From a virus (taxonomy: Duplodnaviria; Caudoviricetes): a stretch of DNA of 53,608 nt. The stretch spans positions 1-53,608 of IMG/VR virus record IMGVR_UViG_3300032093_000184. One strand, written 5' to 3'. The notes beneath the pieces are model-generated. The model was not told the DNA's origin. It did not search any database and was given only the letters and a program-made list of their open reading frames with translations. Position numbers and translations under genes: made by a program. Position 1 is the first letter of the stretch. Each line of letters begins with the position of its first letter. Below, one piece after another: positions 1 to 9,985 of this stretch.

Positions 1-1
1 A

Positions 2-451
2 TTGGGGCAGCTTGCAGATCACCTAGGCAAGTTCTTTGATGCTGTTGACCAAGTTGAAGCGCTGTTCTACGAAGAAGAAAAGCAATCAACGGAGGTCTAC
101 AAAGGAGAGGTATCAGCAAGTCGTCGCGCATTGCAGCGTGTGCTTATCCGGTCAAGGCTGGAGGCATTGCAAGTTGAGTTACGCGAGATGATGGTTTACC
201 AGACCCCTCCAGAATTGGGTAATTTGTGGACACGCTTTGAAGAAATGCGGGCACAAATTGGAAAAGAGCAAGAAGTAGCAAGAGCAAAAGAGGAGACGCA
301 AAGAGCGATTGCAAGGCACAAGCGAAAGCTGGTCATTTCTAAGTGGCAAGATAGAGCGCTGTATTTCGTCGTAGTTTTTATCATGGCATTGGAGATATGG
401 GGTCTTCTAATCACAATAGCGATGACACGACGTTCGTCATCGTCTTGGTAA
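2..451 (+). CDS. Coiled-coil protein with C-terminal transmembrane helix, 5'-truncated (probably the continuation of the ORF starting near 53518)
   Basis: Open frame from the window edge with no real start or SD; hydrophobic segment ALYFVVVFIMALEIWGLLITIAM; sits just ahead of the lysis genes. Confidence 0.75.
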   Translation: MGQLADHLGKFFDAVDQVEALFYEEEKQSTEVYKGEVSASRRALQRVLIRSRLEALQVELREMMVYQTPPELGNLWTRFEEMRAQIGKEQEVARAKEETQRAIARHKRKLVISKWQDRALYFVVVFIMALEIWGLLITIAMTRRSSSSW

Positions 452-609
452 TCTTGTCAATGATTATTTTGTTGGCAGTGCCGTTTTGCGTTTGGGTGTA
501 CATGGAGACAGTTGAGCAGCGGGCAATGGTAGAAGTATCCATACGCAGGTTTAACAAGATGCAGAAACAACTTGAAGACGAACAAAAGAAACAAGGGGAA
601 AGCAAATGA
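397..609 (+). CDS. Small membrane protein (one TM helix plus charged tail) in the lysis region
   Basis: GGAG just upstream of ATG; TM segment FVIVLVILSMIILLAVPFCVWVY; ATGA overlap with the next gene. Confidence 0.7.
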   Translation: MGSSNHNSDDTTFVIVLVILSMIILLAVPFCVWVYMETVEQRAMVEVSIRRFNKMQKQLEDEQKKQGESK

Positions 610-1118
610 TTCCAATCTTAGGAGCACTGCTCGGCACACTGGCCGAAAATGGCTTAGGCCTTCTGTCCTCTGCTATCCAAGCCAAGGGTAAAGAAGTTGT
701 AGAGAAAACTCTCGGCGTAAAGATTCCTGACAACCCTACGCCTGAAGATGTAGCAAAACTACGGCAGATGCAATTTGACCACGAAGAACGTCTGCTTGAA
801 CTCGGTATCGAAAAAGCACGGCTTGAACAAGAAGAACTCAAAGCATTGCTGGCGGCTCAGGCCAACGAGGAAAACAATGTATCCCAACGCTGGGATGCTG
901 ATATGGCATCTGACTCTTGGTTGTCCAAGAACATCCGTCCCATGAGTCTTATAGCTATTTTTGTAGGCTACTTTTTGTTCTCCATGATGTCCGCCTTTGG
1001 GTATAACGCCAACGAGTCCTATGTCAATCTGCTGGGGCAGTGGGGTATGCTCATCATGGGCGCTTACTTTGGCGGTAGGACTATTGAGAAACTGGCAGAA
1101 ATGAGGGGTAAAAAATGA
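606..1118 (+). CDS. Holin, 3TM/GTA-holin-like
   Basis: DMASDSWLSKNIRP motif followed by two TM helices and a YFGGRTIEK tail; immediately upstream of the endolysin. Confidence 0.75.
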   Translation: MIPILGALLGTLAENGLGLLSSAIQAKGKEVVEKTLGVKIPDNPTPEDVAKLRQMQFDHEERLLELGIEKARLEQEELKALLAAQANEENNVSQRWDADMASDSWLSKNIRPMSLIAIFVGYFLFSMMSAFGYNANESYVNLLGQWGMLIMGAYFGGRTIEKLAEMRGKK

Positions 1119-1453
1119 GCCTTAGCCAAGAGCAAGCTGCGTTCTTATTGGACGCCTGCAAACTAATTCAATACGCCACCGAGCAAGGCTTCATGGTTAC
1201 GGGTGGTGAGTTAGCTCGTACCCCTGAGCAACAAGCTATCTACGTAAAGACGGGGCGCTCAAAGACGCTGAACAGCATCCACTTAAAACGATGCGCCATT
1301 GACCTAAATTTTTTTAAAGACGGTAAAATCATCTGGGACAAGGATGTCCTTGCCCCCCTTGGCACTTACTGGGAAAGCCTGTATCCTAAGAACCGTTGGG
1401 GCGGCAACTTCAAATCTCTTGTAGATTGCCCACACTTTGAACGGAACGTCTAA
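1115..1453 (+). CDS. Endolysin, M15-family Zn peptidase
   Basis: RTPEQQ, SIHLKRCAID (SxHx6D zinc motif) and WGGNF..VDCPHFE. Confidence 0.9.
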   Translation: MSLSQEQAAFLLDACKLIQYATEQGFMVTGGELARTPEQQAIYVKTGRSKTLNSIHLKRCAIDLNFFKDGKIIWDKDVLAPLGTYWESLYPKNRWGGNFKSLVDCPHFERNV

Positions 1454-4069
1454 ATGGCAGCGGTAAAACTCCTTAAGTTCTTAGGTGAAGCACCGAAGAT
1501 TTCTTCGGAGTTGTTGCCCGATGGTGCGGCACAGTTAGCGTATAACACCAAGTTGTACTCAGGTGACTTGCTGCCTTACCGCCTACCTTTGTTTGTCTCG
1601 AACCTCAACCGTATTGGGGAAGTCAAAACAATCCATGCGCTGAAGAACCCGTCTACTGGGGCAATAAACTGGCTATCGTGGATGACTGACGTAGACATCG
1701 TGACTGCCTCGTCCTCTGAGGATCAAGAACAGCGGTTCTACTACACCGGGGATGGCGTACCCAAGGTCTCTAACTACGAACTGGCAATCACAGGTGCAGA
1801 GCCTTACCCCAATGGGTACTATGAACTTGGGCTGCCGTTGCCAACAACCAAGGTAACGACTTCGGCTGCATCCGCACCGAACGCCACAACATCTACCTAT
1901 GCACGTGACTCAGGCAACACTGCGACTATTGTGACGGGTAGTGCACATGGATTGCGCACAGGTAATATTGTCACTATCTCTGGGTTTACATCTGCTGTAG
2001 GCAAGATATTCAACGCAACCAACGTGGCGGTCACCGTCACAAACTCAACAACTTTTACGTATTACTCGCCGGGTGATGCCGTCACATCCACATCAGACAC
2101 TAGCGGAAAAGTAGCTTTGGCGGGTAATACGCAAATTCGTTCCTATGTGTACACGTGGTACACACCGTGGGATGAGGAGTCGATTGGCTCTGACCCATCG
2201 GAGAATCTGTACATCAAAGAAGGTCAGACGGTTACAGTGACCAACCTACCGACGGCAAAGCCCGCTGGTAGCAACACGTTCATACGTGGGGTAAAGCTGT
2301 ATCGCACAGTCCCATCTGCCGCTGGCACGCAGTATTTCCTGCTCAAGACTTTATGGTTTCCAACAACACTTGCTCGTGTGCAACGCACATCCAATGTGTC
2401 CCGGGTTACTCTATCTAATCACCACAATCTGGCGATTGATGATCGCTTTAAGATTAGCGGGTGCACAGACTCGACTTTCAATATCACAGGCGGTATTGTC
2501 ACTGACGTTATTGATGACTACACATTTGAGTACGCTCAGACTGCGGGTAACGTAGCAGATAAAGCTGAGACCGCAGGTACTATGTACCAAGATGCTGCCC
2601 AGAAGCTAACAGACACAGCGCGGTACTGGGGCGACGGTAGCTACTCATTTACTGACGACTTTGATGTGTCTCTGCTCAATGAGTCCTTAATAACCGACAA
2701 CTACGATCCTCCTCCTGAGAACATGAAGGGGATTACGGCTGTTCAGAACAGCATCTTGATTGGGTTCTTTGACAACCAGCTATGCTTTTCGGAGCTAGGT
2801 AAGCCGCACGCTTGGCCTCAGGAGTATCGCCTGACGTTTGAGTCCGCCATTGTTGGCGTGGCCTCCGTCGGTGGTTTTATCCTTGTGTTGACTGAGGAGT
2901 ATCCGTACCAAGTCTCGGGCGGTGATCCTGCGACTATGGCAACGGCAAGGATTGACACACTCTTTCCCTGCCTATCAAAACGATCTATTGTGAACATGGG
3001 TTACGGCGTGTCGTACGTCACGCATGGCGGCGTTGCCATCTACTCCCCCTCAACAGGTATCGACTTGTTGACCAAGTATGTGCACGACTGGGATACATGG
3101 GGTGCATCTCTAGACACCACGACTGTTACAGCCAAGTACTACAACGGTAAGTACTTTGCCTCGCACTCTACAGATTCGTTTATCTTTGAGCGTGACGAAC
3201 GTATTGGTGGGTTCTTTGTATCCATCAACTACAAGTTCTCCGCTGCCTACAACGACCCAGAGACCAACAAGTTCTACTATGTTGCAGACACCTTGGGTAA
3301 TATCTACGAGTGGGACGCAGACACTCAGCCATTGGCGTCAATGGAGTGGAAATCCAAGACTGTGGTCACCAAGGATTACCTTAATCTAGGCGCTGCCCGA
3401 GTGATTGCAGACTACGCAACCACAGATGCTGAAGCTGAAGCTATTGCAGCTTATAACGCTGGTGTGCCTGCGTTCAACGCTCAGGTCTGGGTAGACTATT
3501 CCAACCCAGTAGCCACTGTGTCCTACGCTCGTGCATCTAACGTAGCAACGATTGTGACCGCTGCGGCGCATGGAATGATTACAGGGTCGAAGGTGGACGT
3601 GTCTGGCTTCACCGGGGGCGCTGCATCGACATTCAACACACAACAAACTGTGGTGACAGTTACCAACGCAACGACGTTTACTTACGCCAGCGTAGGCTCG
3701 ACTATCACTACGACTGCGGATGCAACAGGTACAGTTTCATCCCTCAAAGGTCTGGGCGATATGAACGGCCCATACGACCGAGTTACCAGTGGTGGTATTC
3801 GTATTGAGACATCTGGAGCACTCAACTCTACAGTGGTTAATGGAGATAACTTTACCCGTACGTACAAAACTGTAACTGGCGTGTTACCTGTCACGTTCCG
3901 CCTATGGGCGAACAAAGTACTGATTTTCCAAGGCACTGTGTCTAGTAGCGACATCTTCCGTTTGCCATCTGGGTATCGTTCAGATACCTTTGAGATGGCA
4001 GTTTCTGGGTCAGCCCGTGTGCGAGCAATCCACATAGGTGAAACCCCCTTCGGCTTGAGGGCTGCATAA
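1454..4069 (+). CDS. Tail nozzle / tubular-B-like virion protein with three inserted beta-rich repeats
   Basis: 871 aa; propeller-like core (YDPPP..MKGI, LCFSE..PHAWP, PCLSKRSIV, WKSK); located before the ejection genes. Confidence 0.7.
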   Translation: MAAVKLLKFLGEAPKISSELLPDGAAQLAYNTKLYSGDLLPYRLPLFVSNLNRIGEVKTIHALKNPSTGAINWLSWMTDVDIVTASSSEDQEQRFYYTGDGVPKVSNYELAITGAEPYPNGYYELGLPLPTTKVTTSAASAPNATTSTYARDSGNTATIVTGSAHGLRTGNIVTISGFTSAVGKIFNATNVAVTVTNSTTFTYYSPGDAVTSTSDTSGKVALAGNTQIRSYVYTWYTPWDEESIGSDPSENLYIKEGQTVTVTNLPTAKPAGSNTFIRGVKLYRTVPSAAGTQYFLLKTLWFPTTLARVQRTSNVSRVTLSNHHNLAIDDRFKISGCTDSTFNITGGIVTDVIDDYTFEYAQTAGNVADKAETAGTMYQDAAQKLTDTARYWGDGSYSFTDDFDVSLLNESLITDNYDPPPENMKGITAVQNSILIGFFDNQLCFSELGKPHAWPQEYRLTFESAIVGVASVGGFILVLTEEYPYQVSGGDPATMATARIDTLFPCLSKRSIVNMGYGVSYVTHGGVAIYSPSTGIDLLTKYVHDWDTWGASLDTTTVTAKYYNGKYFASHSTDSFIFERDERIGGFFVSINYKFSAAYNDPETNKFYYVADTLGNIYEWDADTQPLASMEWKSKTVVTKDYLNLGAARVIADYATTDAEAEAIAAYNAGVPAFNAQVWVDYSNPVATVSYARASNVATIVTAAAHGMITGSKVDVSGFTGGAASTFNTQQTVVTVTNATTFTYASVGSTITTTADATGTVSSLKGLGDMNGPYDRVTSGGIRIETSGALNSTVVNGDNFTRTYKTVTGVLPVTFRLWANKVLIFQGTVSSSDIFRLPSGYRSDTFEMAVSGSARVRAIHIGETPFGLRAA

Positions 4070-4416
4070 TGGCAAGATTCTCCGCTGTTCCCGCCGTACC
4101 CCAAGGCGGTCTTACCGACTGGCAAGCGGTGTTATTTAGTTCTTTGAAAGAGAACGTAGAGCTTTTAATTGGCGCTCGTGGCGAGTCTGACTCTGCCAGT
4201 AGAGCGCTTGTTAAGGGGCAAGTTACAGTAAATGAGGCGTCGCAGCAAAATTTATTACGTGTCACCGCAGAAGGTAAAGGGTATACTATCAGCGGACAGA
4301 ACGTAGCAGATTTAGACGACGTTGGAAAATTAATCAAGGATGTACAGGAACTTGCGAACGACCTCGCGTATACCCGCAGCGTACTGAATACATTGATTAG
4401 ACAACTGAAAGGTTAA
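4069..4416 (+). CDS. Hypothetical virion protein with C-terminal coiled coil
   Basis: TAATG coupling with the upstream gene; heptad pattern at the C-terminus. Confidence 0.7.
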   Translation: MARFSAVPAVPQGGLTDWQAVLFSSLKENVELLIGARGESDSASRALVKGQVTVNEASQQNLLRVTAEGKGYTISGQNVADLDDVGKLIKDVQELANDLAYTRSVLNTLIRQLKG

Positions 4417-4418
4417 TC

Positions 4419-5432
4419 ATGGCAAATGGAAAGAATCCTATTTTAGAGATGCTTAATAGACAAAGCGTCCCAGCATCCGTACCCCAAAGTACTGCTGCCC
4501 CTTCTGTTGCAAGCCCCCTTAGCATGGGTCTGACTGGTGCAGTCGCTGCCCCACAGATGCCAATGCAAGCGCCGATGGCTGCACCTGCTACAACATCTTT
4601 AGATTTACCTGCTGGGCTGCAAAGTTTAATTGGCGGTGCACCCCCAATGGTAAATGAAGCTGCGTTGCAGACAATCCCAACTGGAACTGTTGCGTCTAAC
4701 CCCCAGTTCCCAGCACTAGATTTTCGTATGCAACCAACTTACGCACAGGGAGGCATGGTAGGTATGAATGGACAACCTGATATGACTGGAGCCGCTGGCA
4801 TGAAACCCGGCGCAGGTGGAAGCCGTATGTCACAAGCAATGATGGATCAACAGATCAACGACATGATGCGCAAGAACCCGCAGATGGTTCAGCAGATTCA
4901 GAACGCTATTATGGCTGGTCTCCAGTCAGGGGAGTTAACCCAACAAGAACTCAATATGGGAGTTCAACTCGCAACTGTAGCTGTCCAGAACCCCGAGATG
5001 TACCCCTATGTTAGAAACTTTGCTATTCAGCAAGGACTGGCTGATGAACAATCACTTTCTCCCCAGTACGACGAAGGCTTGCTGTTTGTAATTTTGTTGG
5101 CCGCACGTATCGCTCAACAGAATATGGGTGGACAGAACATGATCCAAGGTGGTAGTCCAGCAATGGCTGGAGGTCAACCGCAGATGGCGATGGCTGGTGG
5201 TGGACATGTTGGCGACCGTATGGCGCAGCAACACAATGCTCAGGCACGAACTCTTGTTGCTCACGCTGGTGATGGCACTCAGGGCGGTAAAGTTGTTGGC
5301 CCCGGCCACGACACAAGCGACAACATTACGATTGCTGTTTCGCCCGGAGAGTACGTGATTCCTGCCAAAATCGTTAAGATGAAGGGTAAGGAATTCTTTG
5401 ATTCACTTTTGGAAAAATATAAGGATGCTTGA
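4419..5432 (+). CDS. Putative internal virion / ejection protein
   Basis: M/Q/P/G-rich; YAQGGMV and GGKVVGPGHDTSDNI..SPGEYVIPA motifs, typical of phage ejection and tape-measure proteins. Confidence 0.7.
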   Translation: MANGKNPILEMLNRQSVPASVPQSTAAPSVASPLSMGLTGAVAAPQMPMQAPMAAPATTSLDLPAGLQSLIGGAPPMVNEAALQTIPTGTVASNPQFPALDFRMQPTYAQGGMVGMNGQPDMTGAAGMKPGAGGSRMSQAMMDQQINDMMRKNPQMVQQIQNAIMAGLQSGELTQQELNMGVQLATVAVQNPEMYPYVRNFAIQQGLADEQSLSPQYDEGLLFVILLAARIAQQNMGGQNMIQGGSPAMAGGQPQMAMAGGGHVGDRMAQQHNAQARTLVAHAGDGTQGGKVVGPGHDTSDNITIAVSPGEYVIPAKIVKMKGKEFFDSLLEKYKDA

Positions 5433-5917
5433 TGGCACATCCACCGGGGTTTGACCCAGTTCCTCTCGATGAGTTCGATGCGTTATTGCTCTCTACAAAA
5501 GAGCAGTTCGATAAGTACTGGTCTACGGCAAAGCCGCTTATTGAGAAGTGTATTAAAAGATCAATGCACGGGGAACTTACGGCGGATGATGTTTACACAA
5601 TGGCACTTCAACAGAAAGTGTATGTGTTTGTTGTCAAGTGTGACAAAGGAATTATGCCAGCCGTAAAGCTGGCTTTGGTTCTTGAGATCGTCAACTATCC
5701 ACGTTTACCCGCCATGAATATCTTGGCGTTAGGTGGCGAGGAACTTGATGCGCTCTACGAGAGGTATTGGAAACGCCTGTGTGGATGGGCGTATATGAAC
5801 GGTGTCCGAGCTATTGAGGGATGGGTGTCCCCAGCAATGGAGCGGGTAATTTCAAAATATGGATTTAAGCATGTGTATACACATATGCGACTCGATTTGA
5901 CGGAGGACACAAAATGA
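5429..5917 (+). CDS. GNAT-like small protein of the ejection-gene cluster
   Basis: Size and position match the acetyltransferase-like gene that precedes pilot proteins in podoviruses; ILALGG..WAYMNGVRAIEGW..YGF pattern. Confidence 0.55.
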   Translation: MMAHPPGFDPVPLDEFDALLLSTKEQFDKYWSTAKPLIEKCIKRSMHGELTADDVYTMALQQKVYVFVVKCDKGIMPAVKLALVLEIVNYPRLPAMNILALGGEELDALYERYWKRLCGWAYMNGVRAIEGWVSPAMERVISKYGFKHVYTHMRLDLTEDTK

Positions 5918-7575
5918 ATCACGTAGCTCGTATGCCGGGGCGCTTTAATGACCGCTCGATGGCGCTGATGGGTATTCCCGATTTACCAGAGTCGGCTTTT
6001 GGTGGAGACCTTCCACCATTCCAACGTACCGCACTTGTTCGCATGATGGGTATTAAACCCCAAGGCGGTGGCGGTGGCGGTGGCCTTATGAAAGTTGTTG
6101 CTGTTGTAGCGGCTATTGCGATTCCATTTGCCGCTCCAGTGATTGCTTCTTCAATTGGTTTGTCAGCAGGTATTGCTGCGGCTACTTCTTTCTCAGCGGC
6201 TACTTCCGCAGCCATTGGTTCAGCGATTGTTGGTGCTGGACTTGGCGCTGTAAGTGCTTCAGTCACTGGCGGTAACGTAGGCCGAGGCGCTCTGATGGGT
6301 GCAATCGGTGGCGGTATCGGCGGCTACACTTCTGTTCCTGCCTCTGCATCTGGCTCTCCTAGCGCCTACAGTCTTAGCCCCAATACAAGTGGTACAGCCA
6401 CGGGGTTGAGTATGCCTAGCGCAACTACACCGTCCTTAGCTGGCTCTCCTTCGTTGGGTTCTAACCTTTCGTTTACTCCCGATTACAGTCTTGCTTCTGG
6501 TATGACTCCAACTGCCCCCGGTATGGGCGGAACTGGTTTAGTGTATGGCGGCGGTGGTTATGGATTGAATCCAGCCGAAGCTGGCCTCACCCTTGGCGGT
6601 ACTACACAGAGTGGACTTTCCGCAGGATTGTCTAGCCAACCTACTAACCCATACTCGCTGTCTGGTATGAGTTCTACGGCTGGCGCACCTACGGCTGCTG
6701 CTGATCCATATTCTTTGGCGAATACTTCTTACGCTGGACAAGGTAGCAACTTGCCTCTATCCAGTCAGTACGGTAACCTGTCTCCTACTGACTACAGCGT
6801 TACTGGCAGTGTTGCAACACCTTCCACTGCTGGTCTTAACACCGCTGGTGCTTCTGAGTTTGGTCTTAAAGCAACTACCGCAAGTGCGGGTGGTTTGGGT
6901 AATGCAGCCGCTGCAACCACCGCAGGTACAACAGCAGCTACAGCAGCCGAGAAACTTACGTTTACTCAAGCCTTGGCAAAAGTTCCTGAAGCATTGCAAG
7001 CTAAGTTCACTGATCCTAAAGCACTGGCTGACCTCACTATGCGTGCGGGTGCACAGTTGTTGACTGGTCAGTTGTCTGACGCTGGTCTGTCCAATGAAGA
7101 AAAACAACTGCTGCAAGCTCGCGTTGAAGAAATGAAGCAGAATAAAGAGATCAATAACGAGTTGTTCCAGACTCAGTTGCGTGAAGCCTACGACCTGTTG
7201 GGTCGCAGTGACTACTTTGATCCGGGCTATTTCGGTCAGCAGTATGCTGGTGCAGCTAAGCAACGTACTTCAGCACAGAAAGAAGCAGCACTTCGCAAAG
7301 TCAATCCTCGCAACAAAGGTAGCCGTGCTGCGCTTGAGCGCCAGTACAACTTGCAATCTGCTCGTGAGGAAGCTACTGCATACGACAAGGGTTCGATGTA
7401 TGGCTTTGACGCTGGTTTGAAATTAACTCAGCAAGCTCTAAACGCTTTGCCTAAGAGTGCGCCAACCTCCAGTGCTGACGCTTCTGCATTGAGTACCGCA
7501 TATGGCAACATTGAGGAACGCAAACGCAAGAGCCAAGAAGGATTGAACAAAACCCTTGGCCCATTGTTCACCTAA
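5914..7575 (+). CDS. DNA ejection / pilot protein
   Basis: Gly/Ala-rich hydrophobic N-terminal helices, S/T/G-rich linker and helical C-terminus; SD GGAGG. Confidence 0.7.
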   Translation: MNHVARMPGRFNDRSMALMGIPDLPESAFGGDLPPFQRTALVRMMGIKPQGGGGGGGLMKVVAVVAAIAIPFAAPVIASSIGLSAGIAAATSFSAATSAAIGSAIVGAGLGAVSASVTGGNVGRGALMGAIGGGIGGYTSVPASASGSPSAYSLSPNTSGTATGLSMPSATTPSLAGSPSLGSNLSFTPDYSLASGMTPTAPGMGGTGLVYGGGGYGLNPAEAGLTLGGTTQSGLSAGLSSQPTNPYSLSGMSSTAGAPTAAADPYSLANTSYAGQGSNLPLSSQYGNLSPTDYSVTGSVATPSTAGLNTAGASEFGLKATTASAGGLGNAAAATTAGTTAATAAEKLTFTQALAKVPEALQAKFTDPKALADLTMRAGAQLLTGQLSDAGLSNEEKQLLQARVEEMKQNKEINNELFQTQLREAYDLLGRSDYFDPGYFGQQYAGAAKQRTSAQKEAALRKVNPRNKGSRAALERQYNLQSAREEATAYDKGSMYGFDAGLKLTQQALNALPKSAPTSSADASALSTAYGNIEERKRKSQEGLNKTLGPLFT

Positions 7576-7586
7576 TAGGGGGCCGT

Positions 7587-9977
7587 ATGGCAATGTCATT
7601 TGGAGGCTCATTTCAAACGGGGCCAGATTCGCTCTACGCAGGTGCTGACCTCTACCGCAAGAACGAACAGGAAAATCTCAGAATGGCGGAACTCCGCCGC
7701 ATGGAGGAAGCTCGTAAGCAGTTAGCCGCCGATGAACTTCTGAATCAAAACGTACCTGATGTCCGTGCAAGTTGGTCATCTGGGATGACGGATGTTGTCA
7801 ATGCACCTGCACCTGCACCTGCACGAGCACCCGTTCAAGCACCACTCAATTTGCCACCTGCGCAGCAACCTGTTGTGGGTCGTGTAGACGAACCGCCTCC
7901 CGGTGCATCTAGCATACGCCGCATGACGCCTGAGGAGGTAGACCGCCTCAAGAAACAACAAGCTGGTACTCTACCCGTAGCGGAAATGACTGCTGCGGAG
8001 TTTCAGTCACTATCTCCAGCAGATCGTCTTAAACGCTTGCAGATAGAGAATGACAACCGCCGCATTAAAACGTTGGCTGCTGCTTCGGGCAAAGTTCCTG
8101 CCGCCGCCGCTGATATTTTTACATTTCCCGTTACCGCAGGTGCTCAGTTTGTTGAGGGGGCGGCCAATCTAGTAGACTTTGCCCGATTTGGTAGAGCCAT
8201 AGGTCTTTACGATCCTGACGTAACCAGTGTTACTGTCCCCGGTTCTGGTTCACTTACACCCTACTACGACAAGATTCGCCAAGCTGAAGCTAACAATAAA
8301 CCGCTGACTGAGAAAGAACTGCTTGAGCAACTCAAGCAAAAAGATGCTGCCCGCGCTAAGGACGCCAAAGCAAAGAGCGAGAAGATTGCCCAAGAGGAAA
8401 CACGGTTAAGTTCTGAGAAGGCCAACAAACGCCTTACCGATCTGGTGAACTTAGCACCACAGGCTTTGCAGAAGGAAGATACAAAGTACCTTGTTGGTCG
8501 TTCGCAAGAGTTGGGTGTTGATCCAGCGGCTGCGGTTGCCATCTATGGTATTGAATCATCATATGGGGCAGCCAAAGGAGCTAGTACTGCTGGTGCAAAA
8601 GGCTCAATGCAAGTCATGGATAAGACATTCAAGGGAATGAAGACATGGTTCACTGATCCTAAGAACATTGAAGCCTACAACATTTCTCCTGAGTTGCAAC
8701 AAGCGGCTGCGGCTATGGTTCGTGGTACACCTCAGGGTGAGATGGACGCTGGCCTATTGGTATTGAAGTACAACGAGTTGATCGGTGTGCCTAAAAATCT
8801 TTGGGGCGCTGGCTACCAAGGTAACGCAAACCAAGTTCTGAAGAAGGGTGCTCCCCTTAACGCAACTGATGGTGGCATGACCAACAGTGACTACAACGGT
8901 GTGTATGTTGGGTTGTACAACAACATCTCCCGAGCACTGGGTATAAATTCAACCCTGATGGCAACTGCCCCAGCCGGTGGGAAACAAACTGCGGCTGCAC
9001 CTACGTCGGTACGCCCCGGCGGTAATATGACAGAGGCACAGATTGCAGCACTACAAGCAGACCCGTTAGCGCTTAATAAAAATCCTCCCTCTGCTGCACC
9101 TGCTGCACCTGCTGCGCCTGCTACGGCTGTAGTAACGCAGAGTAGACCTCCTGCCGCACCTGTGCTTACACAAGAACAAAATCGTCCAGCATCAACAACT
9201 TCAGTAGTAGCCCAGCGAGTTGCGGCTGAACCTGTGCCACAGTTTGTAGAGCCAAAAGAAATCTATAACGCAAGCTCTTACGCAAAGCCGCTCGAAGTTG
9301 GTTTGCTCCGCCGTGAACAGACCAAGCGTATGGCTGACATTATGATGCGCACGGGCAATGTGTACAAAGCAATGGAGTTGCGTGGCGTTCTCGATACGAT
9401 GGACAACCAGTTGTACAAGATGCAAGGCGACCAAGGCGTTGCTGAGTTCTTGCAGTCAGGTGGGCGTGACGCAAACCGCATGATGGGTGTGTACAGCTAC
9501 TACACCAACCAACAGTATCAACTGCAACCTCGACGCGATGGTTTGTTTAATCTTGTTGCCAACGGTCAAGTAGTCTCCCAAGGTATGCCCGCAGAGAAAG
9601 TTGTTGAGCGTATTCGCCTGACACTAGACGAAGGGTTTCGTCAACAGCAAGCTGCTATCGCTGGCAAGTTGTTTGACTCTGACATCAAGATTCGAGAGCA
9701 AAACGCTAAGACGATGGGCGAATACATCAAGGATATTGGCATCAAGACTATTGAGGGTAAGACTCAACTGGATGTCGAGAAGCTCAAGATGATGAAGTAC
9801 GATGTCAAACCGACAGGCGCTGGTGATGGCACAGTTGTTATCACACCTCCATTCGGAGCACCATTCGTATTTAACCCATCGGGCACGACAGTAAAGATTG
9901 ACAATATTGAGATACAGTCATTCGCAGCAAGACCAATTACAGGTATGCCCAGCCTAAGCTGGGCCAACAAAGGATGA
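7587..9977 (+). CDS. Ejection protein with lytic transglycosylase (SLT-like) domain
   Basis: GVDPAAAVAIYGIESSYG..GAKGSMQVM..GAGYQG correspond to SLT motifs I-III, with the catalytic Glu present. Confidence 0.8.
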   Translation: MAMSFGGSFQTGPDSLYAGADLYRKNEQENLRMAELRRMEEARKQLAADELLNQNVPDVRASWSSGMTDVVNAPAPAPARAPVQAPLNLPPAQQPVVGRVDEPPPGASSIRRMTPEEVDRLKKQQAGTLPVAEMTAAEFQSLSPADRLKRLQIENDNRRIKTLAAASGKVPAAAADIFTFPVTAGAQFVEGAANLVDFARFGRAIGLYDPDVTSVTVPGSGSLTPYYDKIRQAEANNKPLTEKELLEQLKQKDAARAKDAKAKSEKIAQEETRLSSEKANKRLTDLVNLAPQALQKEDTKYLVGRSQELGVDPAAAVAIYGIESSYGAAKGASTAGAKGSMQVMDKTFKGMKTWFTDPKNIEAYNISPELQQAAAAMVRGTPQGEMDAGLLVLKYNELIGVPKNLWGAGYQGNANQVLKKGAPLNATDGGMTNSDYNGVYVGLYNNISRALGINSTLMATAPAGGKQTAAAPTSVRPGGNMTEAQIAALQADPLALNKNPPSAAPAAPAAPATAVVTQSRPPAAPVLTQEQNRPASTTSVVAQRVAAEPVPQFVEPKEIYNASSYAKPLEVGLLRREQTKRMADIMMRTGNVYKAMELRGVLDTMDNQLYKMQGDQGVAEFLQSGGRDANRMMGVYSYYTNQQYQLQPRRDGLFNLVANGQVVSQGMPAEKVVERIRLTLDEGFRQQQAAIAGKLFDSDIKIREQNAKTMGEYIKDIGIKTIEGKTQLDVEKLKMMKYDVKPTGAGDGTVVITPPFGAPFVFNPSGTTVKIDNIEIQSFAARPITGMPSLSWANKG

Positions 9978-9985
9978 GGTGAGTT

